Below, one piece after another: positions 8,801 through 18,900 of a stretch of DNA of 64,000 nt. The translations under genes were made by a program, and so were the position numbers. The stretch comes from a virus. Under the pieces are notes generated by a model that ran no database searches, was not told where the DNA came from, and saw only the letters and a program-made list of their open reading frames with translations. Where the stretch lies: UHGV virus genome UHGV-0289908; one strand, written 5' to 3'. How positions within the stretch are numbered: the first letter of the stretch is position 1; every line of letters begins with the position of its first letter.

Positions 8801-10764
8801 AGGATGTTTTGACGTTGAGTATAATATGAATTAAAAGTGGAATTAAAAGTGTCCTTGTTAATATCTGTTGTAATACTAGATGATAGCGATAATCCACTAA
8901 TGTATGTATTTAAAGTGTTATATGCGTTCAGATAGTTTGTCGTTGAAACACCATAAACATTAGCCTGCTTAATGATAGAGTCTTTTTCGACCTTAATCTC
9001 TTCCCAGTCTCGTGAAACCTGTTGCTTTTCTAATGATGTTAATTTGCTGTCCGAAGCCATTTCGTTTAATTTTGCTTGAGCACTGTTGGCTTGAGCAAGA
9101 CCTTCTTGAGCATTCTTTTCCGCTTCTTCTGCCTTGTCAAGAATTTCCAACATGTCATCGTCATAGTCTTCGATAGCCTTTGTCCAGTCTGTAACCTTAG
9201 TTCCATCCTCTAACTGAGCCATAGTCATCCATACAGTAGAAGCTGACATTAGATGGAAGATGACCTGTCCAGAAACATTATTATCTCCTAGTTTAGATAC
9301 ATCAATGACATATCGTTCCCATGACGTTGTAATGTTCACAGTATTCTCATCTTGATATACCCCACCATATCCTAAACGAGCTCGTAACTTTACAGGTGAG
9401 CTTGCCTTTGCATAGAAGCTAAATAGTAGGTTGCGTCCTGCTCCTATTCCTTGAGCGTCTCCCAATACAGAAGTCCAGATAACATCTTGGTCACTTCCTG
9501 TATTGCTTGAAGAAGAGACCACCTTCAAAGTATTTTTATTCATGTATTTTGTACTTGTGTCGATAGAAACAGAGTGGATGTTTCCTCGTGTAGAAATAAG
9601 TGACTTCACCAAATCTTTGCTGAGGTCTGAATATTTTAAGAAGTTGCGTCCACCAACAACAACTCCATCTAAAGCACTGTCAGTATAGTCTTGTGATTGC
9701 TTCTTTGCTTCCTCTGCAACCTTGTTTAAGATTAACTGACGCTCTGTATAGTAATCGTTGAATTTTGCATTAAAAGTTACTGGAGCAATATTTGTATTAG
9801 TCGCAACATCTAAACCTAATGTTTCCACGTATGTGCTTAAAGCATTGTATACTGTATCATAATTAGCTGTACTAATGTTGTATGTCTGAGCCTGTTTATT
9901 GACAGATGGTTTTTCAACTTTAATCTCTTCCCATGTGCGAGAGATTTGTTGTTTCTCAGTAGGAGTCAAAATGTTGTCAGAAGCCATGTCGCTCAACTGC
10001 TTGTTGGCTTCACGTGCGTCTTCAATTCCTTGAAGAGCATTCTTTTCCGCTTCCTCTGCTTTCTCTCTTACGTTTTCAATTTCTTCTGTAATGTCTTCTG
10101 GAGATGGAGTCCAATCAGAAACCTTAGACCCTCTTTCTAATTGTAGGTTAGAAACCCATAACGTTGCACTTCCTTGTACAATTACACGGGCAGTTGCTTC
10201 TACTGTTCCTACTGGGATAGTTTGATTTTCTAATTTTAATTTAGTCCATTTTCCAACAGTTTTCTTGTCTCCATAAACCATGTAGCTCGTAACAAGACCA
10301 CCAAGAGCATTAAAGCATTGCAGTTCTAATGCAACGAAATCATACTCTTTCATTCCGTGTGTTGCAGGTAGGTAGATTTCTGCACTTGCAGAATAGCTTT
10401 CCCCAAACACTACTGGTTGAGGAGTTGGTGTTGCTCCAATTTTCATGGTTGAATCAGTGTTTGAGATTTTATATTTAATTGAGTTATTTGACCCATTTTT
10501 CATTCCTGTGTCAATGGCAGTGCCATCCACAAAAGTAAAATATGAATCTCCATATAGAGCAGTATTGCGTAAGATGTTGCGTCCTCCAATAGTTACTCCA
10601 TTTGTCTCCACCCAACTGCTTCCATTCCAAGTTTTTAACACTGGAGGTTCTACACTCGTGTCTAGCCAAACTTGGTCTGTCACTGGCGACGTGGGTGCAG
10701 TTGGGGAAGAAGTGATGTCATTGAAATCTTTGATAGTGATAAACCCACTTGATAAAATAGCCAT
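2845..10764 (-). CDS. Giant modular tail fibre / receptor-binding protein (2639 aa) with collagen-like Gly-X-Y tracts
   Basis: ORF from the track. N-terminus MAILSSGFITIKDFNDI is shared with the 352-aa ORF. Three tandem ~160-aa modules (residues ~215-375, ~517-680, ~1705-1850), each starting ..G.K..DW.P..ED. Gly-X-Y runs at residues ~1122-1140, 1199-1222, 1274-1290 and 1341-1352. Ig-like modules are shared with the 1312-aa ORF (FSWSKARKGQNAK / FTWNKTRKGQDAKS). Confidence 0.8.
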   Translation of the reverse strand: MAILSSGFITIKDFNDITSSPTAPTSPVTDQVWLDTSVEPPVLKTWNGSSWVETNGVTIGGRNILRNTALYGDSYFTFVDGTAIDTGMKNGSNNSIKYKISNTDSTMKIGATPTPQPVVFGESYSASAEIYLPATHGMKEYDFVALELQCFNALGGLVTSYMVYGDKKTVGKWTKLKLENQTIPVGTVEATARVIVQGSATLWVSNLQLERGSKVSDWTPSPEDITEEIENVREKAEEAEKNALQGIEDAREANKQLSDMASDNILTPTEKQQISRTWEEIKVEKPSVNKQAQTYNISTANYDTVYNALSTYVETLGLDVATNTNIAPVTFNAKFNDYYTERQLILNKVAEEAKKQSQDYTDSALDGVVVGGRNFLKYSDLSKDLVKSLISTRGNIHSVSIDTSTKYMNKNTLKVVSSSSNTGSDQDVIWTSVLGDAQGIGAGRNLLFSFYAKASSPVKLRARLGYGGVYQDENTVNITTSWERYVIDVSKLGDNNVSGQVIFHLMSASTVWMTMAQLEDGTKVTDWTKAIEDYDDDMLEILDKAEEAEKNAQEGLAQANSAQAKLNEMASDSKLTSLEKQQVSRDWEEIKVEKDSIIKQANVYGVSTTNYLNAYNTLNTYISGLSLSSSITTDINKDTFNSTFNSYYTQRQNILDAIATKTKEYANSVVEGVVIGGTNLLTDSTGNLGSFSVANVVDGYMNNKAYRVRRTTTGNSARQQIQKDVVLPSVKQGDTYTLSGWIYIDSDVALNQDNNQLYLRCYHTDGSTFSDICVNNIPKSSPVGQWFKVEATSKLTTSDINPNNCKVSMAVADAGSIRFSMIKLERGTKATDWTPAIEDLENAYSVFLSNEAQVIPTFNDRLPMSSKTYTTEVSVYQGRTTRTDFTIGTINSASGIAVSKSGNIITFAVSQSTVLTADDGTFIIPITIDGKTFNKVFSWACSKQGESGTNAEVVTLSGEQVFKYTNNFTGAPTPSSIKIQAQVQGFSSPKYVWEFRRAGEDAWSTITSATNGNQSYYTLPHDNSTIFNSSSVKSVTIRCTVGNKYDELTVVKVSDGASGEQGVGVSSIKEQYYHSTSQTTLTGGSWSDTAPTPESGKYVWTRSVITYTNNNTTTTSPVCVTGRDGHDGVDGNDGADGSDGVSITSVDVEYAKSSSATTAPTSGWTTTSPTWESGKYIWSRTVTKYSNEKTTTTNPVCITGQKGDTGAQGAQGIQGVKGEDGLTTYFHVRYSANANGNPMTTTPTDTTEYMGVASTTSQTAPSSNTSYTWSKIKGEDGERGIQGAQGSDGRTSYLHIKYSNDGKTFTANNGETVGTYIGTYVDFTEADSNTFGDYTWKKYVGEDGTDGVDGDDAYTVILTNETHTFQTENDGSIATAVSTTSDVIAYKGATSVTPTFGTIINPSGMTITKSGTKLTFQANTGSSLAENGSVTIPVIVDGKTFNKIFSWSKARKGQNAKIADILASSQVFKSTDGGITFFPDNITLTPQLQNCSYSSWQYCTNYSSSGTPTWVNVVSGQNGLAISNGVLTVSKTSSLFTDSITSITFKLNTNASGVSDTLTVSKLYDVADLEVGTRNLLARTANKVSVTGTNSTSQCTSIYEFVNKSAHYAGLAGEEVTTGFTFSVSQGATGTFKIQTNGTIQGSLGETAGQWLAMSPTINVASNTGGTITHTVTIPTDETKGFTGLQIRMDNFVGSITVSEMIIVKGNRVTGWSPAPEDVMADVESAKNVAESAQSTANSAKTEAQNATTKLNEIASDSKLTASEKQQVLRDWEEIKLEKSSIINQANVYSISTTNFISAYNALETYVGTLNLSSSTTVTITPSEFNAKFNAYYTQRQAILDSVATKTKEHADKLTNDLKKEVDTALDGLQTQVDGKVETWAQSSDPATAWTTTELKTAHTGDIWYNTSTKVTYRYSGTGWVKLTDADAENAKNLATSKKRVFTSTPTTPYEVGDLWVTNLSGTGDLKICKTARASGSYTASDWGKAMDYTTSTEAGNIAQDKVNGQTQADIFNKLTNNGATQGIFLDGGKVWINGEYIKAKSITADRLAIGDFTNYAQLNDNTATKYGFTPGSAEADGKWFVKGTLTRNSYISDYYTCNGGEAFRLKGDISTTMMGASTDGGTDSSYRGVAIGIVAYDGTGKAIHYLYSDRVTNETKTVSSSVILPAASRKFRVFIQCEGWTPFSGTLKVRNIQVTRMAGGELIVDGSITANKLHADVLSANSIVSIINGGSTTINGSKITTGTIVADTITSGTFKGTNFVAGGSTNGNGYISVLNASNDALFRADKEGLYAKNIVFATSPDYNPKMDGYYWADGYGFHGKSGYDDGTLNSWSQGIHTSIEGIRLEKLGEYQVNTGVATVEPHQIKVCNTKDTLRTVIMDNLVSTTGELNAGTHIRANGEIIAQGAITSKGGVYGASFLQTNYALPIEIGRYIDLHNPNSTNDVDVRIDTAGTRSRIRISRGDDLSQYTEIGRNDSLNASFMKNGVGGQFLVMHDDSRLSYDGATVPHNWRQSFTPFLYADTGNFTTSSAVGQAVYLGDLVFVQGRVIASKGGHSGGVAIGGLPVSSLWNYPPVTIGFFGGVTDAMNGLTYGINGYVEGGAGHIVLNFTLRNSGWQQLKCVHLGTGNVDVNFSAIYRWR

Positions 10765-10796
10765 ATATTTATCTCTCCTTGTACTTATTTAATAGA

Positions 10797-10826
10797 AAAG
10801 CCGACCCACTACAGGTCGGTCTTTGT
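10797..10826 (-). terminator. Intrinsic terminator between the 352-aa tail gene and the giant fibre gene
   Basis: Minus-strand RNA reads AGACCGACC-tgtagtg-GGTCGGC followed by TTTTCTATT. Confidence 0.55.
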
Positions 10827-10842
10827 ATATAAAATTATTATT

Positions 10843-11901
10843 TTATTTGCTTGAAACATCCACTTTGAAAGTGGCTTTTACATCTACGTCATCTCCTGTG
10901 ATAGAGAATGTTTTTGTAGTCTTGCTCCATGAGCTTTCTAACACTCCATTTTGGTTATATTTGTACCAACGATAGTTGTAAGCTGTTCCTGCCGAATCAA
11001 TTTCTACCCCTGCTTGGAATAAGCGAGCGGTTAATATTGAACTTCCTACCCCATTCTTGAACACATCTCCACCACTTGATTCAACCACTACTTGGATAGG
11101 GTCGCTTTGGTCAGAGATAGTAATAACATCCCAGTAGTACTGATTATATGTTGCAGAAGCTGAGTCAGTATCCTTGATTGAAGCCTTGAATACCCCATAG
11201 CTTGCTACTGCGTTAGGGTAGATTGTGATAGTGTTGGTTGTACATCCCGTGTATAAACCAGAAGTGTCGGCTAACTTCTTCCATCCAATTCCTCCACCTT
11301 GGTCTGTTGAAACAGAAGCGTCCATCATGTACCATTGGTAGGCTACATTAGTTGTATCAATAGTACTCCCTCGCCATAATTCAATTTTTCCAATTAATGA
11401 CGAAACTTCGTTGTTTTTAAATACGCTACCGTTTGGTGTTGTTGCAATCGCATCTGTAATACCGCTACCATTGATTACACGTGATAATGTTACAGACATT
11501 TTGTGTGTTAAAGACAATCCAGTTGTTGAATCTAAGAACACTACATCACAGCGATAATCTTGAGCAGGGATTCCCGCAAGGACGTTCGCCTTGATTGTTA
11601 AGATATGATTCTTAGTTCCGCTTAACCCATATTGAGCATTAGCGGTGATTGCTGATGTAGAACTCCCAATATACCACTTTACAGATTGTACCTCACTGGA
11701 AGCAATTAGGTCTCCTGCATTCCCCGCCTTGAATAACGATGGTGTAAGAACCATGTTTTGTGATGCCCAGTTTGGATTATATGTGTCATTATCTGGGTTG
11801 TACATTTGTGTCTTTGCTAAATTTGTATTGATTATCCCCGTCAACGTGACAGCGTCATTATAATCAATAATGGAAATTTGTCCCGAGCTTAAGATTGCCA
11901 T
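10843..11901 (-). CDS. Tail protein (352 aa) sharing the MAILSSG N-terminus with the giant fibre
   Basis: ORF from the track. MAILSSGQISIIDYNDAV versus MAILSSGFITIKDFNDIT of the 2639-aa protein. Confidence 0.65.
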   Translation of the reverse strand: MAILSSGQISIIDYNDAVTLTGIINTNLAKTQMYNPDNDTYNPNWASQNMVLTPSLFKAGNAGDLIASSEVQSVKWYIGSSTSAITANAQYGLSGTKNHILTIKANVLAGIPAQDYRCDVVFLDSTTGLSLTHKMSVTLSRVINGSGITDAIATTPNGSVFKNNEVSSLIGKIELWRGSTIDTTNVAYQWYMMDASVSTDQGGGIGWKKLADTSGLYTGCTTNTITIYPNAVASYGVFKASIKDTDSASATYNQYYWDVITISDQSDPIQVVVESSGGDVFKNGVGSSILTARLFQAGVEIDSAGTAYNYRWYKYNQNGVLESSWSKTTKTFSITGDDVDVKATFKVDVSSK

Positions 11902-11915
11902 AATATCTCCCCTTA

Positions 11916-14900
11916 TTACGCTAATAGCGATTGTCCATTTTCATCTACAAAATCAACATTGAAAGTTGCTCTTGCTTTTACATCTGCCGATGTGATATCT
12001 ACCGACACACTTCCGATTGCGTGTTGATTATTCCACACTGTGTCTCCAACGTGGTCACTTGATATACGTGTCCAAATGAAGCGAGTTGGGTCAACCTCAT
12101 TTGTTATTTCTTTATCCCAATTATAAAGCCTTACTGATAAGGTGGTGTTGATTGCTCCGTTTTTGAAAATAACTCCATTGCTCGAATGAATTTCAATTCG
12201 ATACATGTTTTTACTTTCTATTTGCTCAATTAGGTCATCAACTTCATTCTTGTTGTATACTTCATCCTTCGTTGGAATATTGGTTGAGTTACCTCCATCT
12301 CCTACTAAGTAGAAGGTGGCTGCTCTGACATGAACATTTCCTTCTGAGTCAATCTTGAAGGTTTCTGTTCCATCGTTGCGGATTGCTTTTAAGTTTCTTG
12401 TGTTAACATATTCCCCATTGATATACACTTTTCCGTCTTGTAAATATATACCCTGTGTTTCGCCATTATTTGTTAACTTGTTAAAAATATCTTCTTGGTT
12501 AAGAGCTTCGACCGCCCCTTGTGCCAAGTTTAGGGCAATATCTGCATTAGCCTGTTGAGCCACTTCGCTATAAACTTTTAAAGTTGCCCCATATGCAGAA
12601 ATTAAAGCATTAATCTCTTCTAACTCGGCTTCTGTCATAATCATGTCTGCGATGGCAGAGCTAATTTTATGAACAAGTTGGTCGTGAGCCGTATCCAATT
12701 CACTCTTAGCCTTTGATAGATTTGTACGAGAAGTTGCTCCCAATTTCGGATGTTCAATAAGCCCTTTGTATTGTCCATCAATATCTAACTTTTCTGTTTC
12801 TAATTGGGTTAGTTTGCTTCTTAAGTTTGTTAAGTTAATCGTTCCGATTAACCCAGACTTAAAATCCCCATTCATGGTTTCTTCCAAGCTGTCTAACGCA
12901 TTAGAAACTTGGTCTACCTCTTTACGAATTTCTTCTTTTGCTTCGTTGACAATAATGCCCGCCTGTGTCTCGGAAATAGATGTCAGTGCGTCACTCATGG
13001 CTTGATATAGAATTGATGATAGTTCATTAAACTCACTCAATGCAGAATGAAATGCTTCGAGGTCTTCTGGGACAATATGCTCAGATAGCATTAATAGCGA
13101 GAACATCTCAGACAACTCTTCAAATTTTAAACTGTATGACTCATATGCTGTTAATAAGGCGACAAGTATTGCTTCATTTGTCAGATAATGGTTGTTAACT
13201 ATGCTTATGTATTGAGCATTGACATCGTTAACCTCTCGTGTCAAACCATCAAACATGGCTGTTATTTTGGCTCGTTCAACTTCATCTAAGATACCGTCTT
13301 TTAATGCGTTATTTACATAAGAGTCTAATTCGTTGACCTGCCCAACAACATCTGTTATTTCTGCACGAACTTCTTCTTTTGCTTGGTTGGTTGACTGCTC
13401 TATTTTATTAACCACATCATCTACTGTTGGTACGTCTACTCCTTCAATAGATAATTGATTTACCTTTAGCGTAAATTGGTCTCCATCATAGTATAACCCT
13501 GCTGAGTTTTTCTCAAATGGATTACCGACCATTAAAGTCCCATCTGTATCTAGCAAGAAAGTGGTCTTATTATTTTGATACCCTGCGACCCCTATGGTTG
13601 TTCCATCGTTTAAAACGTCCTTACCGATTGCGACCCCTGTGATTAAATCGTTTTCTTGGTCATAACTCCCTGCGAATAGCTTAGGGGTTAAAATGAGATT
13701 TCCACGAACATCTGTTTTGGTATCGTTCCATTCTTGTACCCAATCAAGACCATCTGCGTCTTTTGTGACTGAAATCGGAATGGTTTGAATAATCATATAC
13801 CCCTTATATGTGACTGTTAATTGAATATCATTATTCAAAATAGATTCATCAAAAATACTGGCTACAGTTGGGGTGAATGTCTTTTTAGTAGAAGAGCCTT
13901 GAATGTGCCCATTTGCTACCCAGTAGTATGAGACATCGTCCATTACCTCTGTTCCATTTTCATATAGAGTTCCTATGAAAGTGGCACTTGCAGACGGTCT
14001 TGGGTCTCGATTGATTTGACTAAAAGTAAAACTTCTTGTCCCCTCTGTAATGTTTAAGATATAAGATTTTCCATCTGCTCCAGTTACTCCATCACTACCT
14101 TGCTTGGCTTTTGAAATAGTCCATGTTTTTGTGATGGTTATTCCTTCCACTGTAACATTAATATTTGCGATAGCGGTTGAGAAAGAATTATCCATAGACA
14201 GTAGCCTTACGGTATTGTTTGAGAAGGCAATATCACAACCCTCACACTGTCCCTTCGATAAAACTGGAGTGACCTCTTGATTTCCCTTGAAGACCATTAC
14301 ATTGGTTGTCGCCTTTGCAATTTCTGATTCATGAACATATCCGCTGTTGTCGATTGCAACAGTGTGACTTTCGTTGGTTAATACAACGGTAATTGCATCG
14401 TTTCCGTTTGACCCTGCTGCTAATTTGACAAGGGTGATTTCATCCTCATACCCTTCAAGTTCGCATTTAATAGTCACTTCTTTGCGACTTCCCCAGATAT
14501 TGACATCATTGTGTTGGAATGTTAGCTCTGTCCCGTTTTTACCCTCTAGTAAAGTCCATGTTGAGCCATTTTGAACATACCATTTAGGACTACCAGACAA
14601 CCCCACTGCCTTTGCGGAGATTGTTGAACGACTTGGTGATGGAATATCACTGTAGTCACTTGTTTCATATCGGAGAATTTGTCCTCCGACCAATGTTAAA
14701 GATTTAGCGTCCTGTCCTTTGCGGGTTTTATTCCATGTAAACGATTTATTGTAAGCCGAGCCATCAATGGTAACTACAACTAAGCAGCTACCAGATGACG
14801 GAAGAGAAGTTCCTTTTGCACTTGTAAATGTTACTCCTGTTGCTCCCACTTTATAGCGTAATCCTTGTGGAGCACCTTGAACTGATAGAGAGTAGTTAGT

Positions 14901-15854
14901 GTAGTCTATATTGGCTTTTGTCACTGTAATTTCACAATTAACAGTTTCTTCGTTTTCTACCTCTCCTGCACTGTTTGCTTCAAAGCTGTAGAAGGCATTT
15001 GTCATTTCTACTGAGTATTGACTAACACCGTCAAAAACCTTGGTAACTTCCAATTTACGCTGTGCTACCAATCCATCCCCACAATCAATGTTTACTACAG
15101 CACTAGCCTTGATAACATTAATATCTATTGAAGTTAATTTTACACGTTGTCCAACTATTCCAAAAGTACACCCATACTCCTGTTCAATAGATAGTACGGG
15201 AGCAATTTGTTTCGCTCCCTTGTAAACCAATACGTCTGTAAAAATAGACTGCACTTCGGACTTTGATACATCTCCGTCTTCTTTAGCTTTTACAACAAAT
15301 GCTTCACGAGACAGTGTGATAGTGTATCCATAGAATTGGGTTTCTGTAATAAAGTGTTCTAATCGGTCTGCTGTAGCTTCCCCTTGTTCCACTTTCTCGT
15401 CAATTTTTTGCATTGCTTCTACAAGACCACCCGCAGACTCTATCAAGTCTAAAGCGTCTTGACTTCGGTCTAAGATATTATCCCATGTGTCTGTAACATT
15501 CTCTCCGTCTCGGTGAAAGATACGACTATCGGAAATTAAGATGACCCCACGACCATAGTAGTTAACCATGACCATTTTCCCGTGTTGACTTTTATGAAAT
15601 TGTACAATTCCCACTCCATAGTCAACATAGAAATTATCTTCCCCAATATCTTGAACATTAAAAACCTCATGCAACTGGATATTATCCTCTGTAAGAATTT
15701 TAATGCGTTGAAATTGGTCGGGAACTTGTACTAATTGAATTACCCCATGCGTTGGAGAAATCTGTTGCGTTTCAGTTGGAATGTGCCAAGATATTGGGTT
15801 TCCATTCTCATCTCTATTCCATTGCATAATTAAAGAATTGTTATTTAATAGCAT
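11916..15854 (-). CDS. Large tail fibre / baseplate protein (1312 aa from the corrected start)
   Basis: Track ORF 11916..15896. The better start is the ATG at 15854, preceded by AAAGGGGAG (MLLNNNSLIMQWNRDENG). N-terminal anchor domain is paralogous to the 172-aa ORF. Long central coiled coil. Ig-like modules are shared with the giant fibre. Confidence 0.75.
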   Translation of the reverse strand: MLLNNNSLIMQWNRDENGNPISWHIPTETQQISPTHGVIQLVQVPDQFQRIKILTEDNIQLHEVFNVQDIGEDNFYVDYGVGIVQFHKSQHGKMVMVNYYGRGVILISDSRIFHRDGENVTDTWDNILDRSQDALDLIESAGGLVEAMQKIDEKVEQGEATADRLEHFITETQFYGYTITLSREAFVVKAKEDGDVSKSEVQSIFTDVLVYKGAKQIAPVLSIEQEYGCTFGIVGQRVKLTSIDINVIKASAVVNIDCGDGLVAQRKLEVTKVFDGVSQYSVEMTNAFYSFEANSAGEVENEETVNCEITVTKANIDYTNYSLSVQGAPQGLRYKVGATGVTFTSAKGTSLPSSGSCLVVVTIDGSAYNKSFTWNKTRKGQDAKSLTLVGGQILRYETSDYSDIPSPSRSTISAKAVGLSGSPKWYVQNGSTWTLLEGKNGTELTFQHNDVNIWGSRKEVTIKCELEGYEDEITLVKLAAGSNGNDAITVVLTNESHTVAIDNSGYVHESEIAKATTNVMVFKGNQEVTPVLSKGQCEGCDIAFSNNTVRLLSMDNSFSTAIANINVTVEGITITKTWTISKAKQGSDGVTGADGKSYILNITEGTRSFTFSQINRDPRPSASATFIGTLYENGTEVMDDVSYYWVANGHIQGSSTKKTFTPTVASIFDESILNNDIQLTVTYKGYMIIQTIPISVTKDADGLDWVQEWNDTKTDVRGNLILTPKLFAGSYDQENDLITGVAIGKDVLNDGTTIGVAGYQNNKTTFLLDTDGTLMVGNPFEKNSAGLYYDGDQFTLKVNQLSIEGVDVPTVDDVVNKIEQSTNQAKEEVRAEITDVVGQVNELDSYVNNALKDGILDEVERAKITAMFDGLTREVNDVNAQYISIVNNHYLTNEAILVALLTAYESYSLKFEELSEMFSLLMLSEHIVPEDLEAFHSALSEFNELSSILYQAMSDALTSISETQAGIIVNEAKEEIRKEVDQVSNALDSLEETMNGDFKSGLIGTINLTNLRSKLTQLETEKLDIDGQYKGLIEHPKLGATSRTNLSKAKSELDTAHDQLVHKISSAIADMIMTEAELEEINALISAYGATLKVYSEVAQQANADIALNLAQGAVEALNQEDIFNKLTNNGETQGIYLQDGKVYINGEYVNTRNLKAIRNDGTETFKIDSEGNVHVRAATFYLVGDGGNSTNIPTKDEVYNKNEVDDLIEQIESKNMYRIEIHSSNGVIFKNGAINTTLSVRLYNWDKEITNEVDPTRFIWTRISSDHVGDTVWNNQHAIGSVSVDITSADVKARATFNVDFVDENGQSLLA

Positions 15855-15932
15855 TTTGCTCCCCTTTCTACAACAAATAGACATAAGGGACAACACAATG
15901 TTTTGTGCTGTCTATATGTCTATTTGCGTTAA

Positions 15933-18900
15933 TTAAAAACTAACAAATCCACTAATGAATAGTGACATGTTTGCTCTCCCCAGTCCTTCTGGGTTAGAAG
16001 TTGTAGACTGACTTCGTACTTCAATAGTATGTGTTCCTCCATAACTTCCATTTGCGTCTTTTTGAATATATTGAGAAATATCCACATCTCTATCTCCTGT
16101 GACATTCTCTAATACTAAAACTCCATCAACGTAAATGTTGCTTCTCGCTAACTTCTCATATTCATAGATTCCGTGGACAATATCATGTTTGTGACTAGGT
16201 ATTGTCACGTCCACTAAATGAGAATGTCCAGATATGTCAATTTTATGAGAATGGGCAGGGATATTGTAGGTTACACTGTGATTGTGGCTAGGTATTGTTA
16301 CGTCTACTCTATGACTGTGACTTGGAATGTTGACCGACACAGAGTGACTGTGACTTGGGATGTTGACAGAAACCGAATGAGAATGGTTAGGAATAAATAC
16401 AGTATGAGTATGTGACCCCATATGTATATTTCCGTCATCTCCGTTTGCCGAACCACGAGGGGGAGAGGTCGGTCTTGTCCCTAATACGATTGTGCTTGAA
16501 GTGGTAGTTGCTTTTCCTCCTCCACCCCATGCAGAAGTTGGAGTTGCAGTAGCTCCCCCACCGCCATGAGAGGTTGCCGATGAAGACACCGATGGAGCTG
16601 TTGTCGATGATACGGTTTTTGATGTTGCTCCACCATCTTTAGTACTATTTGATATAGCTCCGCTTGTTTGAGCTGTTGTTCCTACAACCTCGGTAGACTT
16701 AACCGTTGCTCCCCTACTGTATGCTCGGAACTTCTCATTTTTAAAAATCAGTCGTGCTTCATCAAGACGTTGCAAACTCTTTGGTAAATAAAAACTTATT
16801 TTGAAAGGGTTTTGATAATCAAATGAGTCTCTTGCTTGAATCGGGAACACTTGGTAAATACCGTCTTCTGATAAAACGAGTTTGTTATTCCCATCTTTGG
16901 AATGTAATCGGAACACTGCTTTGCCATCCTCAATACCCAAGAAGATTCTCTCCTCTTGTTTGGCACTTGGGTCATATACAGAGAGACCATGAGGATTAAT
17001 CTCAAATGTGTTATCCTCGTTTCCGATTTGCATTTTTGCTCCCAAAATCATCTTCCCGATGATGGTCTCTGCCATAATTCCCGAAGAGTCGATTGCCAAC
17101 GTAGATGTTTTCCACTTATCCTGTGTAATTGAGATGAGTCCCGAACCGTAATAGATTTGTTTATTCTCATCTTCTGCATCTGATATATAGATACCTGCTT
17201 CTGAAATATCTATTTTATTGCTTGTGCCTTTTCCTCGAACTACTTGAGCAGCGGCGTCAAGACCCTCTGTCAACAACTTCTCTACTGCCACATTGTTAGA
17301 GGCACTATCCGCCCATGTGTCCTTCCAGAAGTTTGTCATTGTTGTCAACTGCGAAGTCTTTTTACTAATATCCCCAATGGTTTTTATGCTTGTTGCCTTT
17401 GGAGTCTTATTGTTTGTAAACTTCAAGTCCGTTACGCTTCCTTTGACTCCTTCGTTTGGTTTGAAGGTGAAGCCATACAACTGTAATTTTCCTTCGTCAT
17501 CTGTTAGGTCATTATGCTCCACATCTAGGGATAGTTTAATACCCAACTTAATGTGATTGTTCCATGCACCAGATGTTTTAATCTTTGATAGGAATTCATA
17601 TGTTGTAATCGAGAAGTCAATATATACTTTGTTCATGTCTGCAATAACTTCGAGAGCGTGTTGATATAATGAATATGCAAGAGTGTAATATTCGTTGGTG
17701 ATAGAGGATTCAATTAGATAGTCCTCAAGCTCCTCTAAGTCTTGGTCAGAGAATAGTTTTTCTCCATTGTATTCAGCATTTTCCTTTTGAATATCAATTC
17801 CAATTTTCGTCATGTCTGCGAACAAAGAGTCGCTTTTGTCTTTCAATTCTTGAACAGTGTTCATCATTGTTGCGATTTCCTGTTCTAATTGTTCTACGAG
17901 CTCACTTTGCTCCTTTTGTTTTTGAGGTTGGTCTCCCGCCTTAATGTAGGCTGTTAGAATAGCATTTTCTGCTTTAAATCTCCCCTGTAAAGAACTTAAT
18001 TCCCCTTGACGTTTTGTAATCATTTGGTCGTTTTTATTCTTTTCCAATTTAAGGGTTAAGAACTCTACGTTTTTAGCTCCCACAAGTTCATTGTATTTTA
18101 CAAGAGCCTGTGTTAAACTTCGAGACATGATATTATTTGTTATGTAATACGAAAAGTCCTCCACATATTCTGTACCAAGTGGGTTTTCTTCCGCAATGGA
18201 CACATTTGGACTCTCCACATATAGTCGAGTCGTAATGTCTGATAACTTATGGGTCTTTGTGATTTCACTAATTGCATTGTCGTATGACAGAGTGATTCCC
18301 GTGTCTTCTCCATAAGTATCCTTGTCATATACATTTAGTACTTGCTCATAACTGTCAAAAACACAGACACAGTTAAATGCTTCCTCGATTTGAGAAATTA
18401 AAGTTAGCCAAGAACAGCTCACAGCTTCAAAGTAGCGATACTTTGTTGTCAAGTGTTCACTCATAACTCCTGTTTCATATGCTAATTCAATTTTAGGGAA
18501 GAAGACCTTCAATTCATTTACATTCGCAAAACCAAACTTGTATTCCTTTGTTGTGTCGTTTACGAATGTTAAGGTGTATGTCATTCCATAGCGATAGTCT
18601 GAATCAGAAGTGTATCTAGCTTGAATATGTTTTACCCCATATGGAAGATTAACAAATGAGTGAGAGATGGTCTCCTTCTTTTGTAGCAGGTCTCCGTTGT
18701 AGCTTTCCATTTCTGGATAGGTGATAGTGAAGTTTAAAATATTATCTCCAACATCAATTACTTGAGCCTTCTCCCACATTGTTTTTTCTTTTTCAACCTT
18801 TTCGATTGTAAAATCCCAATGTAGCTCAAGAGACTCTGTTTCATTGTATAGTCCCAATTCTTTTCGAGCCATCTCATCCACATGTCCTACCGTGAAATTC

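Noticed and set aside
3735-10140. Numerous 60-130-aa ORFs on both strands inside the giant fibre gene (for example 3869..4186, 7151..7534, 9946..10140)
   Set aside because: They are fully nested in a 7.9 kb ORF with coherent repeats and domain structure, have no RBS, and show low-complexity translations. They are by-products of the composition.
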